A stretch of 64,000 nucleotides of DNA from an uncultured delta proteobacterium (lineage in GTDB: Bacteria; Myxococcota_A; Polyangia; Polyangiales; Polyangiaceae), in the NCBI GenBank assembly GCA_963806225.1, contig CAWDXG010000004.1:2496001-2560000 (forward strand), read 5' to 3'. Below, in pieces: positions 1 through 8,629 of the stretch. Each line of letters opens with the position of its first letter. Positions within the stretch are counted from its first letter, which is position 1. The translations under genes and the position numbers were made by a program. A model generated the notes under the pieces. That model was given only the letters and a program-made list of their open reading frames with translations. It ran no database searches and had not been told where the DNA came from.

Positions 1-14
1 GACGCCATTTTCCA

Positions 15-28
15 TTGACGACCATCAT
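15..28. promoter_or_regulatory. FNR/Crp-type box TTGAC-N4-ATCAT, inside an orphan copy of the radical SAM upstream region
   Basis: TTGACGACCATCAT; 13-65 matches 13735-13787 at 45/53 nt by manual count. Confidence 0.5.
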
Positions 29-83
29 CTTCCGGGCCGTGCTCTGATCGTCTACTGGCAGCACCCCGCGCCCGGCCTACAGG

Positions 84-1109
84 CTACTTGCACATGGCTG
101 GATCCAGGAACGTGCACTGGCCGTTGACGCAGAAGGCCTGGGCCTGACAGGAGGGCCCTGCGACCAGGTCGCACGCCGCGCCGTCGGGGGCGGGCGCCTG
201 GCAGATCCCCTGGGTCTGGTTGTCGGGGATGGCGCAGTGCCCGGAGTTCCTGCACAGGACGCCCGCTCCGCAGGGCTGCCCGGCATCCGCGAGCTGGTAC
301 GTCTCGCAGACGTGCGTCGAGGGGTCGCAGTAGGCTCCGGCCCACGCATCGCACTCGCCGGCCGAGCAAAGCTTTCCCACTGCCAACGCTGGCGAACAGG
401 TGCCCGAAGCGCACACCAGCCCCGAGGCGCAGTCGTTTGCACCCGAGCAAGCGTTCCCGGCCTGCACGGGCCCTGCGCACACGCCGTTGCTGTTGCACAC
501 GAGCCCGGTCCAACATCCGCGACTCGTGGAACAGGCCTCGCCCGCCGCCGCACGCTCCGCACAGACGCCGCAGGGGGCGGACGGGGGCGACCACGTCACG
601 CTGCAGTATCCGCTGTGGCACTGAGCGTCGCGGACGCAGGGCTTGCCGACCACCAGCGCGCCCACGGAATCGCAGGCATCGGGAACTGTCGTCCCGTGCA
701 CGAACTCCGTGCAGTCGAGTTGGGACAAGGCCGCCGCGCACTCACCCACCTGTGCGGGCGTGTCCTGGACTCCGGGTGCGGCCGTTCCAAGCGTGCAGGT
801 CTTCACCATGCGGGTGATGCAGGTCTGCAAGTTGCCGAACGAGGACTGGAGCTCGAAAGGCGAGCACTGCGCCAGCTTGTCGCAGAAGGCGGACTCCATC
901 GAGTTGCAGTCACCGCTCGTGCTGCCGCCACTCCCGCCGCCGCTCCCGGCTTCGCTCGTGTTGCCGCCACTCCCGCCACTGCTTCCGGCTTCGCTCGCGC
1001 TGCCGCTACTTCCGCCGCTGCCGTTGCTGGTGCGGCCCCCGCAGGCGCTCACCACGAACAACGCGCACGCGGGAAGCAACATGCCCACCGGGAAACGATT
1101 CCGCATCAA
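84..1109 (-). CDS. Cys-rich myxobacterial lipoprotein (Gly/Ser linker, Dickkopf-like Cys repeats)
   Basis: Lipobox-like VVSAC, GSGG linker, many G.AC...C..GL.C...G.C units. Confidence 0.8.
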   Translation of the reverse strand: MMRNRFPVGMLLPACALFVVSACGGRTSNGSGGSSGSASEAGSSGGSGGNTSEAGSGGGSGGSTSGDCNSMESAFCDKLAQCSPFELQSSFGNLQTCITRMVKTCTLGTAAPGVQDTPAQVGECAAALSQLDCTEFVHGTTVPDACDSVGALVVGKPCVRDAQCHSGYCSVTWSPPSAPCGVCAERAAAGEACSTSRGCWTGLVCNSNGVCAGPVQAGNACSGANDCASGLVCASGTCSPALAVGKLCSAGECDAWAGAYCDPSTHVCETYQLADAGQPCGAGVLCRNSGHCAIPDNQTQGICQAPAPDGAACDLVAGPSCQAQAFCVNGQCTFLDPAMCK

Positions 1110-1125
1110 TCGTTCTAGCTCCAGG

Positions 1126-3915
1126 CTAGTTGACCGAGCCGCACTTGCCGGGGCTGTTCAACCCGCAGACCTGGCCCGTGGGGCAGTTGCCGCAGTCGAG
1201 CGGACCGCCGCAGCCGTCGCCCGCGGGACCGCAGTCGATGTTCTGGTCCTGACAGGTCTCGGGCTTGCAGCTGCTGCCGCAGACACCCGGCGTGCCGCCA
1301 CCGCCGCAGGTCTGCCCGCTCGGGCACGGGCCGCAGTCGAGCGAGCCGCCGCAGCCGTCACCGGCAGGGCCGCATTGGATGTTCTGCTGTGCACAGGTCA
1401 GCTTGGTGCAGGTGCCGCCATCCGGCGCACCGCAGACCCCCGGCGTCCCGCCGCCGCCACAGGTCTGCCCGGCCGGGCAGTTGCCGCAGTCGAGCGAGCC
1501 GCCGCAGCCGTCGCCGGCAGGGCCGCACTGGATCCCCTGCTGCAGGCAGGTCAGGCCCGTGCACTGCGTCGTGCCGCACTTGCCGGGCGTGCCGCCGCCG
1601 CCGCAGGTCTGCCCGCTCGGGCAGGTGCCGCAATCGAGAAGGTTGCCGCAGCCGTCACCCGCGGGCCCGCAGTTGATGTTCTGCGCGGCGCACGTGGTCG
1701 GCGTGCAGAGCGGCGTGTAGGGCTGCACGCAAGCCGACAGGTCGAACAGCATGAACTCGAGGATCGCCTCCTGCGGCGTCATCGGCTTGGAGTCGCATTC
1801 CTGGGGGAATGTCATGCCGTGGCTGTAGTAGGGCGCCGCATTCGGCAGTGCGTAGGGGCACGCCGGGTAGTTGCCGGAGAAGCCGAGGGCGTCGGCGTGC
1901 CAGTCGCTGAAGACAGCTCGCCCGCACTGCGCCGAGGAGGCAGCGCCGACGGGGGTGTTGAAGGTGAAGTGTACGGGGGTTCCCGAACCCCGATACAGCC
2001 AGCGCTGCGTCGGCGACGTGACGCTGTCGGTGTTGTGGAAGACCGGATTGAGCGACACGGTGCCCGATCCCGTCGCCGACGCGCCCACGATCTCCAGCCA
2101 CTGCTTGAAGGCGTTGCCCTTGGGGTTGTTGACCAGGTCGATGCTGCTCGTCACCGCAGAGCCTTGCGGATCCTGCAGGGTGTGCCATGTGGCCACGTTC
2201 GGGTAGGCGGGGTTCGCCGTGACGTTGTTCGCGCTGAGACAGTAGCCCCCGCTGCAGTTGCCCCCCGCGCCGCAGTCGCTGTTCTTGGTGCACTTCTTGG
2301 TCTGCGCCAACCAATTGTAGGCAAAGTCGCTCATGAAGACGCGGCCGCCGGCCCCCGTGTATGCACCGAGCTTGCTCCAGTCCACCTGGTTGTTCTCTTC
2401 GTAGCCCTCGCACGCGAGCACGACCATGTCGTACTGATCGATGTTTGGCTGCCCACCCGTGCTGCCGAAGAGCGAAGCCTGGTTCGGCGTCGCATTGCTG
2501 ATCCTGGCGCCGGAACCGTAGGGGTTGGGCGGGCACGCGGCAGCGAAGGGCCCGAAGGGATTCGGCGGGACGGTGGGCTGCGCCGCGAGGTAGAGCTGGA
2601 TGTGCCCCGTGCCGCCCGGGTTCGTGAACTCGCTGTCCTGCACGCCCATCTTGCGCAGCACGCACTCGATCGGATCGAAGCCGCCGGTGAGGATGCCGAT
2701 CCGCGGGATGTCGCCCTGGTTGTGGTTCTTCGGCATCAAGAGCTTGCCGCCGCTGATGCCCGTACCGGTCACCGTGTTCGCGCCGCAGGAGGTCGACACG
2801 TTCACCGTGAACTGCCTGCGCCAGTGCCCGAGCTGGATCACGAGCGGGATGCTCGAGCCCACGGGCACGCCGCTGAGCGTGAAGGTGCCGTCGGGCTTGG
2901 TGTACGCCGTCACCAGCGGATCGCCAGCTGCGGTCGAACCGCAAACGTCGCAGGAAATTCCGGGCTGGAACGGCTGCAGCCCTGGATCGTTGGGGTTATT
3001 GGGAATGTAGACGAGCACGTTGTACAGCGGGTGCAGTCCGGCCGGGTCGTACACCGTTCCGCTGAGCGTCGTGGTCTTTCCCCCGGTACAGTTCGGGATC
3101 TGTGAACAGACGCCGGTACAGCCGCACTGGCCCGGCGTGCCGCCGCCGCCGCAGGTCTTGGGCGCGTTGCAGGAGCCGCAGGCGAGCATGCCGCCGCAGC
3201 CGTCGCCCGCCGGACCGCAGGTCACGTTCTGGCCGGCGCAGGTGAGAGGCTTGCAGGTCGGGTGCCCGCACTGGCCGGGCGTGCCGCCGCCGCCGCAGGT
3301 GTCGGGGGAAGTGCAGGAGCCGCAGCTGAGCGAGCCGCCGCAGCCGTCGCTAGCTTGACCGCACTGGATGCTCTGCTGTGCGCAGGTCAGCTTCTTGCAG
3401 CCGCCACCGTCGGGGACGACCTGCCCACACACGTTGGGCCCACCGAGGCCGCACCCCATGCCTGCTTCGCAGCTGCCGCAGTCGATCAGGGTGCCGCAGC
3501 CGTCGAGCACCTTGCCGCAGTCCTTGCCGAGATCAGCGCAGGTCTTTGGTGTACACGTTCCAGCGTCGGGGTTACCTGCCCCGCACTGGTTTGGCCCTGC
3601 GACGCCGCAGGCCTGGCCCGCGGGACACGTTCCGCAGTCGATGACGCCGCCGCACTTCGTATCGGTGGTCGTGCCGCAGTTGGCGCCCAGCTCCTGGCAC
3701 GTCGACGGGCAGCCGCCGCCGTCCATTGCGTCGCCCAGGCCCGAGTCGAACACGAGGCCGCCGTCGTTGCCGAGGCTGGTGTCGGGTCCGCTGTCGAACC
3801 CGCTGTCGAGGTTCCCCCCACCGCCCGATCCGTTCGAGCTGCTGGTGCTGGAGCCACATCCGACAAGAACGAATGCCCAGGCCACAAGGACAACTGCGGT
3901 AAGCCGCTTGAACAT
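1126..3915 (-). CDS. Large Cys-rich repeat lipoprotein with central carboxypeptidase-regulatory-like and conserved myxobacterial domains
   Basis: ATG 3915 with AAGGAG SD; LVGC lipobox; repeated CGPAGDGCGG.LDCG.CP.GQTCGGGGTPG units on both sides of a globular core (LSGTVYDPAG...PLVIQLGHWRRQ). Confidence 0.85.
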   Translation of the reverse strand: MFKRLTAVVLVAWAFVLVGCGSSTSSSNGSGGGGNLDSGFDSGPDTSLGNDGGLVFDSGLGDAMDGGGCPSTCQELGANCGTTTDTKCGGVIDCGTCPAGQACGVAGPNQCGAGNPDAGTCTPKTCADLGKDCGKVLDGCGTLIDCGSCEAGMGCGLGGPNVCGQVVPDGGGCKKLTCAQQSIQCGQASDGCGGSLSCGSCTSPDTCGGGGTPGQCGHPTCKPLTCAGQNVTCGPAGDGCGGMLACGSCNAPKTCGGGGTPGQCGCTGVCSQIPNCTGGKTTTLSGTVYDPAGLHPLYNVLVYIPNNPNDPGLQPFQPGISCDVCGSTAAGDPLVTAYTKPDGTFTLSGVPVGSSIPLVIQLGHWRRQFTVNVSTSCGANTVTGTGISGGKLLMPKNHNQGDIPRIGILTGGFDPIECVLRKMGVQDSEFTNPGGTGHIQLYLAAQPTVPPNPFGPFAAACPPNPYGSGARISNATPNQASLFGSTGGQPNIDQYDMVVLACEGYEENNQVDWSKLGAYTGAGGRVFMSDFAYNWLAQTKKCTKNSDCGAGGNCSGGYCLSANNVTANPAYPNVATWHTLQDPQGSAVTSSIDLVNNPKGNAFKQWLEIVGASATGSGTVSLNPVFHNTDSVTSPTQRWLYRGSGTPVHFTFNTPVGAASSAQCGRAVFSDWHADALGFSGNYPACPYALPNAAPYYSHGMTFPQECDSKPMTPQEAILEFMLFDLSACVQPYTPLCTPTTCAAQNINCGPAGDGCGNLLDCGTCPSGQTCGGGGTPGKCGTTQCTGLTCLQQGIQCGPAGDGCGGSLDCGNCPAGQTCGGGGTPGVCGAPDGGTCTKLTCAQQNIQCGPAGDGCGGSLDCGPCPSGQTCGGGGTPGVCGSSCKPETCQDQNIDCGPAGDGCGGPLDCGNCPTGQVCGLNSPGKCGSVN

Positions 3916-4216
3916 GGCGATACTCCTTGTCGGCGTCGCGGCCTGCGCAGGCGCGCCGACATTTGCGGAAGAAAAGAGCCCGGGATTATCCACGGCTGCG
4001 CGTACCTTCAGGGGCCTGGATTCGTCGCTACACTGCAGCTGGAATACAGACGCGTTGCGTCTGTGAGTCTACCACGTCGTCAGGGTGGAAGGGGACGCCG
4101 GTCCAGCGGGAACCGCGCTTCCGCGCGCCGGACAGCCGTTGCCGGCCGCCCCGGGGCGCGCGCGAAGGGCGCCCGGCCATGCTCCGTTCCAGCCTCGCTC
4201 CCCGTGGTGTCCACGC

Positions 4217-5422
4217 TCACGGCGACGTGATGTCGAGCGTGTAGGAACCCGTGGTGTTCGTGGCGTTCGTCGAACCGTCGACGATGACGTAGTAGGGAAC
4301 GCCGGCCGTCAGGTTCAAGGTGAGCGACTCGGTGCAGGAAGTGCACGCCTGATCGTCCGCACCCAGGCAACTGCTGTCGATCATGCCGCAGTCGTTGACG
4401 ACGTACAGCGTGGTGTCGAAGCTCGAACCGGTCAGCTTGAAGGTGTAGGACGCATCGGCCGAAGGCGTGAGCACGTACGACACATCGTTCGAGCCTGCGC
4501 CCTGGCCCGGCGCGTGACCTGGACAGGCGTTGTCGGGGTAGCTGTACTCCGAGTTGGCGCCCACCGTACTGCCGCTGTCGGTGTAGGGAACGGTGCCGAC
4601 TACCTTGGCGTCGGCGCACGAAGGTATGGCGACGGTCTCGGTGATATTCAGCGTGTAGCCGCTCCCTGTGCCCGCCGCAGGCGAGTAGCCGTCGACGATG
4701 ATGTAGTACGTCGTGCCGGCGTCGAACGTCATGGAGACTTCCTCGTAGCTGCCGCTCGGGTCTCCACCGCCCCAGGAGGTATCCTTGGCGACAATGCAGC
4801 TGCCCGCCGCATTCGAGCAATCGGTAGCGATGTACAACTTGGAAGCGAAGTCCCCCGGCCAGTTGCCCAGCGTCACGTGGTATTCTGTGGTTGTCGTTGG
4901 CGTCCACGCGTAAGCCCGCTCGTAGCCGCCGTCCGCAATGCCCATACAGCCGTCGAAGTTGTCCGACGCGCCGCTGAGGTCGCCAGTGGTCGAGGAGGAC
5001 CCCGGCATCAACGTGATCGCATTCGCACAGACGTTGTTGGTCACAGCGCCGCTGCCGCCTGTGCCCGCCGCGCCGCCTGTGCCCGCCGCGCCGCCCGTGC
5101 CCGCCGTGCCGCCCGTGCCCGCCGCGCCGCCCGTGCCCGCCGCGCCGCCCGTGCCCGCCGCGCCGCCCGTGCCCGCCGCGCCGCCCGTGCCCGCCGCGCC
5201 GCCTACACCGCTGTCGACGGCTCCGCCTTGTCCGCTGCCGCCCTGCGCGGCGCTTCCCGCGGCTCCGGCGCCACCGTCCGCGCCACCGCGCCCCGCGGCA
5301 CCCGCAATGTCGGCCCCGCCTCCGCCGCCGGCTCCGTCCTCGACCGCGACGAAGTTCGTGTTCTGGCCGCAGGCCACGACGGAAAGTGCGAAAAGGATGG
5401 CAGCTCGGGTTGTTGACCTCAT
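4217..5422 (-). CDS. Lipoprotein with (GGAAGT)n linker and two PPC-like beta domains
   Basis: VVAC lipobox; duplicated [12 protein letters not shown] / [17 protein letters not shown] motifs. Confidence 0.8.
   Translation of the reverse strand: MRSTTRAAILFALSVVACGQNTNFVAVEDGAGGGGGADIAGAAGRGGADGGAGAAGSAAQGGSGQGGAVDSGVGGAAGTGGAAGTGGAAGTGGAAGTGGAAGTGGTAGTGGAAGTGGAAGTGGSGAVTNNVCANAITLMPGSSSTTGDLSGASDNFDGCMGIADGGYERAYAWTPTTTTEYHVTLGNWPGDFASKLYIATDCSNAAGSCIVAKDTSWGGGDPSGSYEEVSMTFDAGTTYYIIVDGYSPAAGTGSGYTLNITETVAIPSCADAKVVGTVPYTDSGSTVGANSEYSYPDNACPGHAPGQGAGSNDVSYVLTPSADASYTFKLTGSSFDTTLYVVNDCGMIDSSCLGADDQACTSCTESLTLNLTAGVPYYVIVDGSTNATNTTGSYTLDITSP
5061..5204. repeat. Coding tandem repeat, 8 x 18 bp (GGAAGT linker)
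   Basis: gtgcccgccgcgccgcc(c/t) repeated in phase without spacers. Confidence 0.9.
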
Positions 5423-5459
5423 GGTGCGGTCTTCCCGTGTACGGCGGAAGGCGATCGGG

Positions 5460-6617
5460 TCACCCCGCCGGCCCGTCCAGGCAGATCACCAGCGATAGAC
5501 CGGGCTGGACGCGCCACGGAGTGAGCACATTCTCGGGACCGCTCGGTCGAACCACGGCGTAATGGGTGTCTTCCAACTGGAAATGCACCTGGACGACCAG
5601 CCCGAACCTGCCACCGCCAACCGAAAGCTGCGTGGCGGCGTAGATGTTCGCGACGGGTCGCGTCTCGGTATTGCCCGGCAGAGCGCGGGCAGGAGCGGTC
5701 GTGGTGGCCACGTAGTGGATGACGTCTGCGCCGATGCCGGCTCCGGTCTCGAAAGCGAAATCACCGACAGCGTGTCGAACGGCGGGACCGAGGCGAAAGC
5801 GCGCGCCGTCGATGCGCAGCGCGACGTTGCTCGCCGAGGGTTCCACCGGCAGAAGATACTGGGCCGAAAGCCATACGCCGGCGGCCGTCCGATGGCGCCC
5901 CCACAAGAGCGTGCCCCAGAGCTCCGGGCCATGTGCCAGTCCTTCCTCGCCGCGCGCGGTGATGCCGTAGCCCGAACCGACCGAATAGCGATAGTCCCGA
6001 GCGGGCGGGCGCGCCGGTGGAGCGGAACGCCGTGCGGTCGGGACCGCTCCGGGCGGCGCCATGTCCGCGGGCGGAGGGGGAAGCGGCGGGTTGGGCTGTT
6101 CGACGGGGGAAGCGGCGTAGCCGAGGTCTCGCTCGAGCTCCGCTCGGGGCGTATCGGCGGTGCCTTCCCACAACGCCAGCGCCGAGGCGTAGACCGCCTC
6201 CGAGACGCGCTCCTGGCCGATCTCGTCCAGACCATTGTCCAGGGGCACATCGCGCACCAGAAATCGCGGATGACGCTGGCCCGCCACAACGAAGTAGGTG
6301 TGCGCCGCCTCGAGCTTGCGTAGATCGATCCAGACCTCGACGCGGCGCTCGCTGTCGGTCGTCGCGGGAGACAAGACGCTTTCGGCGGAGAGGGTTGGCT
6401 CGTAGGCGAGGCTGACGGAAGTGCCGGCGCCGAACCAGCTCTGGAGGCCTTCCAGGAACGAGGGACCCGGCTTCGTCCCGACCACGACCACGTGCACCGC
6501 GGCGGGCGCCGCGTGAGCCGCGGCCGGCGCGCTGCTGGGCTGCCCCGACGCCACGCGGGTCGGAGCGCACACCATTGCGGGGATCGTCAGCAGCAGGGCG
6601 ACACGCTTCCGGCGCAC
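5460..6617 (-). CDS. Exported protein with Pro-rich linker and C-terminal beta-strand-rich (putative outer-membrane barrel) domain
   Basis: GTG start just after the upstream stop; signal-like N-terminus; alternating beta strands ending [10 protein letters not shown]. Confidence 0.65.
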   Translation of the reverse strand: MRRKRVALLLTIPAMVCAPTRVASGQPSSAPAAAHAAPAAVHVVVVGTKPGPSFLEGLQSWFGAGTSVSLAYEPTLSAESVLSPATTDSERRVEVWIDLRKLEAAHTYFVVAGQRHPRFLVRDVPLDNGLDEIGQERVSEAVYASALALWEGTADTPRAELERDLGYAASPVEQPNPPLPPPPADMAPPGAVPTARRSAPPARPPARDYRYSVGSGYGITARGEEGLAHGPELWGTLLWGRHRTAAGVWLSAQYLLPVEPSASNVALRIDGARFRLGPAVRHAVGDFAFETGAGIGADVIHYVATTTAPARALPGNTETRPVANIYAATQLSVGGGRFGLVVQVHFQLEDTHYAVVRPSGPENVLTPWRVQPGLSLVICLDGPAG

Positions 6618-6618
6618 C

Positions 6619-7503
6619 TCAATCCCCAATCTCGGCTAGACGCTTGCGAGCGGCCTCGGCGTAGGCGGAGGCAGAGAAGCCCTCGGTCAAACGCTGAAGG
6701 GCCTGGCGTTCCCCGGCGACCCGTCCCAAGAGCCGGAGCGCGCGCGCTTCGCCCCACAGCGCTTCGGGCGCCATGGCGCCCCCTCGAAACCGCCGGAAGC
6801 ACTCGAGAGCCGACGACGCGTCACCGGCTCTCAGGTGGATCTCCCCGAGCGTCAAGGTTGCTTGTTGTGCTTCGGGGCTTGCCGCATGCGCGCGCACGAG
6901 CTGCTCGTATAGCCTCACGGCGTCCGCCGTTCGTCCCTCGCGCCGCGCCCGGTTCGCAGCCGTGAAGAGCTCGGCCGGGGTCTTGTCCGTTGCATGCCCA
7001 CTCGCTGGCGGCGCCACTGCCGGCATGCGGCGAGCATGGGGTGACGGCTCTGGGCTACCGGCATCGGGCGGCGCGGCGTCGAGCTGCACCGGAGTCGGCG
7101 CCGGTTGCCGTTGGGCAGTGGCCGGAGCGCTGCGCTTGGCGGCAACCGTCGTGCGAGGTGCCTGCGGTGGCGAATGCGAGATCCGGAGACCCAGCCATCG
7201 GCCCGCTGCCGCGGCGGTCGCGGTCGCCAGGATCAGCGCCGCCACCATCAGAACGCTTCGCGACGACCGCCGCAGCGTGGCCGAGCGCGGACGAGCCACC
7301 GCATCTGCCAGACGCGCTACCAGCTGCTCGTCTTCCGGCAGGATGGGGCTGGCAGCGTCGAACCCAAGACCGGCCTGGAACAGGAGCCCCGCTTCGCGCG
7401 AGCTGGCCAGCGCTTCATCCAGCTCGGCCTGTTCGGCGCTCGACAGCTCGCCGCGTCGCGCGCGGACGATCAGATCCTCGACGCATCGGCGTGTCAACGT
7501 CAT
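6619..7503 (-). CDS. Putative anti-sigma factor: TM segment, Pro/Ala linker, C-terminal TPR (YfiO/BamD-like) domain
   Basis: ATGA overlap with the sigma stop; TM VLMVAALILATATAAAAG; TPR-like LFTAANRARREG..DAVRLYEQL...LTLGEIHL. Confidence 0.7.
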   Translation of the reverse strand: MTLTRRCVEDLIVRARRGELSSAEQAELDEALASSREAGLLFQAGLGFDAASPILPEDEQLVARLADAVARPRSATLRRSSRSVLMVAALILATATAAAAGRWLGLRISHSPPQAPRTTVAAKRSAPATAQRQPAPTPVQLDAAPPDAGSPEPSPHARRMPAVAPPASGHATDKTPAELFTAANRARREGRTADAVRLYEQLVRAHAASPEAQQATLTLGEIHLRAGDASSALECFRRFRGGAMAPEALWGEARALRLLGRVAGERQALQRLTEGFSASAYAEAARKRLAEIGD

Positions 7504-8138
7504 GACACTTCTCCGATCGTTTCTGTCATGCAGGTGCCGTCGGCCACTCGCTTGCGCAACGCCTGCTTGGCCAGACGCAAGCGGCTTCGCACGGTTTCCG
7601 TGCTGACCGCAGTGCAGGCGGCGATCTCGGGCACCGTGTATCCGAGCGCGCAGTGCAGGGCCAGCGCTTCGGCTTGCGGTTCGGGCAGCGACCGGATGAG
7701 CTGGCGCACGATTTCGGTGGCTTCGCGCATGGCGGCCGTTTCCTCCGGGTCGGAGAGCGGGCTCGGCACAGCGTCGAGATCGCGCTCGGCGGAGCGCAGC
7801 GCAGCTCGTCTCTCTGCCGTTTCGTACCGCCACGAGTTCATCGCGGTCTGCACGGCGATGCGACACGAGAAATGCAGGACCGAGCATTCGCCGCGGAAGC
7901 GCGGCAGGGCGCGGACCACGTTGAAAGCCGCCTCCTGCGTGAGGTCCTCCACGTCGGGGTTGTCGGGACCGAGCATACGTCGGATCACGCGCAGCAAGGC
8001 CGGCCCGATCATCACCACGAAGGTGTGGACGGCCGCGGTTTCGCCGCGGCGCGCTCGATCGACCAGCATCGTCAGGTCGTCGTGCCGCGCCGGAGCCCGA
8101 GCCGGCGGAGACGTTCTGGATCCAAGAAGTTTCAGCAT
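7500..8138 (-). CDS. ECF RNA polymerase sigma-70 factor
   Basis: Region 2 DVEDLTQEA...RFRGECS; region 4 LPEPQAEAL...EIAACTAVSTETVRSRLRLAK. Confidence 0.92.
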   Translation of the reverse strand: MLKLLGSRTSPPARAPARHDDLTMLVDRARRGETAAVHTFVVMIGPALLRVIRRMLGPDNPDVEDLTQEAAFNVVRALPRFRGECSVLHFSCRIAVQTAMNSWRYETAERRAALRSAERDLDAVPSPLSDPEETAAMREATEIVRQLIRSLPEPQAEALALHCALGYTVPEIAACTAVSTETVRSRLRLAKQALRKRVADGTCMTETIGEVS

Positions 8139-8629
8139 CGTCGTAGCGGCGTCTTCACACAGAGATGTGTAGATTCGAGGCCAAACGGGTCACGACGAAC
8201 CCCCCACGTGCTGCGCCCGGACCAAGGCGTGCCAGCCACGGTCACTTCACAAAGAGAGTGCACGGCGGCTCCCCGAGCGATCCCGGACAGCATTCTACCC
8301 TGTTCGGTAAGGGGACAGCGACACCCGTGTCGGGCGCACGTTCTGGCCAGAGGGGCCCGCGAGCTCGTTGCGCCGGGCGAAGCATGACGCTGCTCAAGTC
8401 GACCGGCATGCCGGTCAGCAGCTTCGGGCCAACGCGGTGACCCGATCGGCGTCCGCTGTACACAGGAACACCGAATCGGGGAAATGCCCTTGTAGAACAC
8501 CGCGGGAGCGAGGTGGGGATGACACGTACCGGGGCCTACTTGACAGATGTCGACGCGGGATTGCGCGAGGCCGTCCGCGCACGCCCGCGCAGCGGCTTTC
8601 GTCGGAGCTTCGAAAGAAGGAAGGGTCTG

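Noticed and set aside
643..3105. Long overlapping antisense ORFs here and throughout the ORF track
   Set aside because: Shadow frames typical of high-GC coding DNA; no recognisable motifs
5061..5204. Regular repeats as a possible CRISPR array
   Set aside because: Contiguous 18-bp units with no spacers, encoding a Gly/Ala linker; no cas genes
8540..8553. TTGAC-AGAT-GTCGA as another FNR box
   Set aside because: Weaker right half-site and equally explained as a -35 TTGACA
8139..8629. Intergenic gap of about 490 bp as an ncRNA or riboswitch
   Set aside because: No conserved RNA motif recognisable by eye; would need an Rfam covariance search
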